From an uncultured Gammaproteobacteria bacterium (GTDB lineage: Bacteria; Patescibacteriota; Patescibacteriia; Patescibacteriales; WJLG01): 64,000 nt of DNA. A program made the position numbers and the translations under genes. The notes beneath the pieces are model-generated. The model saw only the letters and a list, made by a program, of their open reading frames with translations, ran no database searches and was not told the DNA's origin. Shown here piece after piece: positions 63,331-64,000 of the stretch. How positions within the stretch are numbered: the first letter of the stretch is position 1; every line of letters starts with the position of its first letter. The stretch covers positions 1,660 through 65,659 of the forward strand of contig CAZJPG010000006.1 of assembly GCA_964547855.1 (NCBI GenBank), read 5' to 3'.

Positions 63331-64000
63331 ATGAACATAGCTAAGATACAATTCTCCAAATGGGATAAAGTATACGACTTCCTTTCCGGGGCGCTCAACC
63401 TGTCTAAGGGCGATTTAGTCGTAGTAGAAACAGAGCTCGGACAAGAAATAGGCGAGGTAGTCGGTCTTTCCGATCAACCAAGTAAGGAAGGCGCCTCCAG
63501 CGAAGGGATGAAGACCGTAGTCAGAATAGCTACTGCCGAAGACTTGGGAAAATTACCAACAGGCAAAGAAAAGAAAGAGGCCTTATCTGTTTGTCGACAA
63601 TTAATAGAAAAACGAGAACTTCCAATGAAGCTTGTCGACGTCCATTTTTCTTTTGTCGGCAATCGCGTCAATTTTGCTTTTATCGCTGACGGAAGAGTGG
63701 ATTTTCGCGACCTAGTCAAAGACTTAACATCACATTTCAACAAACTCATACGTCTAACCCAGATCGGCATTCGCGATGAAGCTCGTTTCTCTGGTGACTG
63801 CGGCCATTGCGGTCGCCAGCTATGCTGCCGTGGATTTTTAAGGGATTTTTCCTCGATCGGATCAGACATGGCCGAAGCCCAACAAGTCATACACCGCGGC
63901 AGTGAACGCATCTCTGGCTGTTGTGGTCGTTTAATGTGCTGCTTAGCCTATGAATATGAAGGATATAAAGAAATGGCCGCTAAGCTGCCACCTATCGGGG
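63331..64000 (+). CDS. PSP1-domain protein (YaaT/RicT-like), 3'-partial at the window edge
   Basis: Open frame from ATG 63331 to the end of the window. VDVHFSFVGNRVNFAFIADGRVDFRDLVKDL and the Cys cluster CGHCGRQLCC...CCGRLMCCL. Confidence 0.75.
   Translation, partial: MNIAKIQFSKWDKVYDFLSGALNLSKGDLVVVETELGQEIGEVVGLSDQPSKEGASSEGMKTVVRIATAEDLGKLPTGKEKKEALSVCRQLIEKRELPMKLVDVHFSFVGNRVNFAFIADGRVDFRDLVKDLTSHFNKLIRLTQIGIRDEARFSGDCGHCGRQLCCRGFLRDFSSIGSDMAEAQQVIHRGSERISGCCGRLMCCLAYEYEGYKEMAAKLPPIG

Noticed and set aside
1-64000. Search for CRISPR arrays, rRNA genes, transposases, integrases and prophage genes.
   Set aside because: By eye I recognised no regularly spaced direct repeats, no rRNA signatures, and no recombinase or transposase motifs in any long ORF. 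A computational repeat scan would be needed to exclude short arrays.

Overview
Gene-dense, AT-rich bacterial chromosome segment. TGA, TAA and TAG all behave as stops (code 11). Most genes are on the + strand and many are followed by clear hairpin plus T-run terminators. The gene content suggests a reduced-genome Patescibacteria/CPR-like organism, but this is inference only: DUF4012, DUF11 and giant Cys-rich surface proteins, an orphan T4SS-type ATPase, isolated purine genes and many tiny ORFs. Housekeeping calls I trust: corA, dnaX, tRNA-Gln(CUG), a ClpA/C-like ATPase, two ABC ATPases, an M23 peptidase, a U32 peptidase, rubrerythrin, a sensor kinase/response regulator pair, purC, purE, rlmH, a tgt-like gene, RNase P RNA, mnmA, rpsB, tsf and several GT4 glycosyltransferases. 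The most interesting region is a 14.6 kb same-strand envelope operon at 39.2-53.8 kb. It holds two tandem giant secreted proteins that share a collinear 1.9 kb 5' module, of which the first ~1.28 kb is base-for-base identical and visibly more GC-rich than the flanks. Their C-terminal domains are unrelated, which looks like a recombination-driven surface-variation cassette. Other items worth a second look: (1) tRNA-Gln 3'-end fragments, direct and inverted, around a GC-rich hairpin cassette; (2) an unassigned ~320 nt structured RNA with its own promoter and terminator; (3) a P-type ATPase split by one in-frame TAA; (4) a purA lacking its N-terminal P-loop; (5) a TGT homolog lacking all four zinc ligands; (6) an orphan radical-SAM/SPASM maturase; (7) small peptide genes; (8) widespread leaderless promoter geometry. 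I saw no CRISPR array, rRNA, transposase or integrase.
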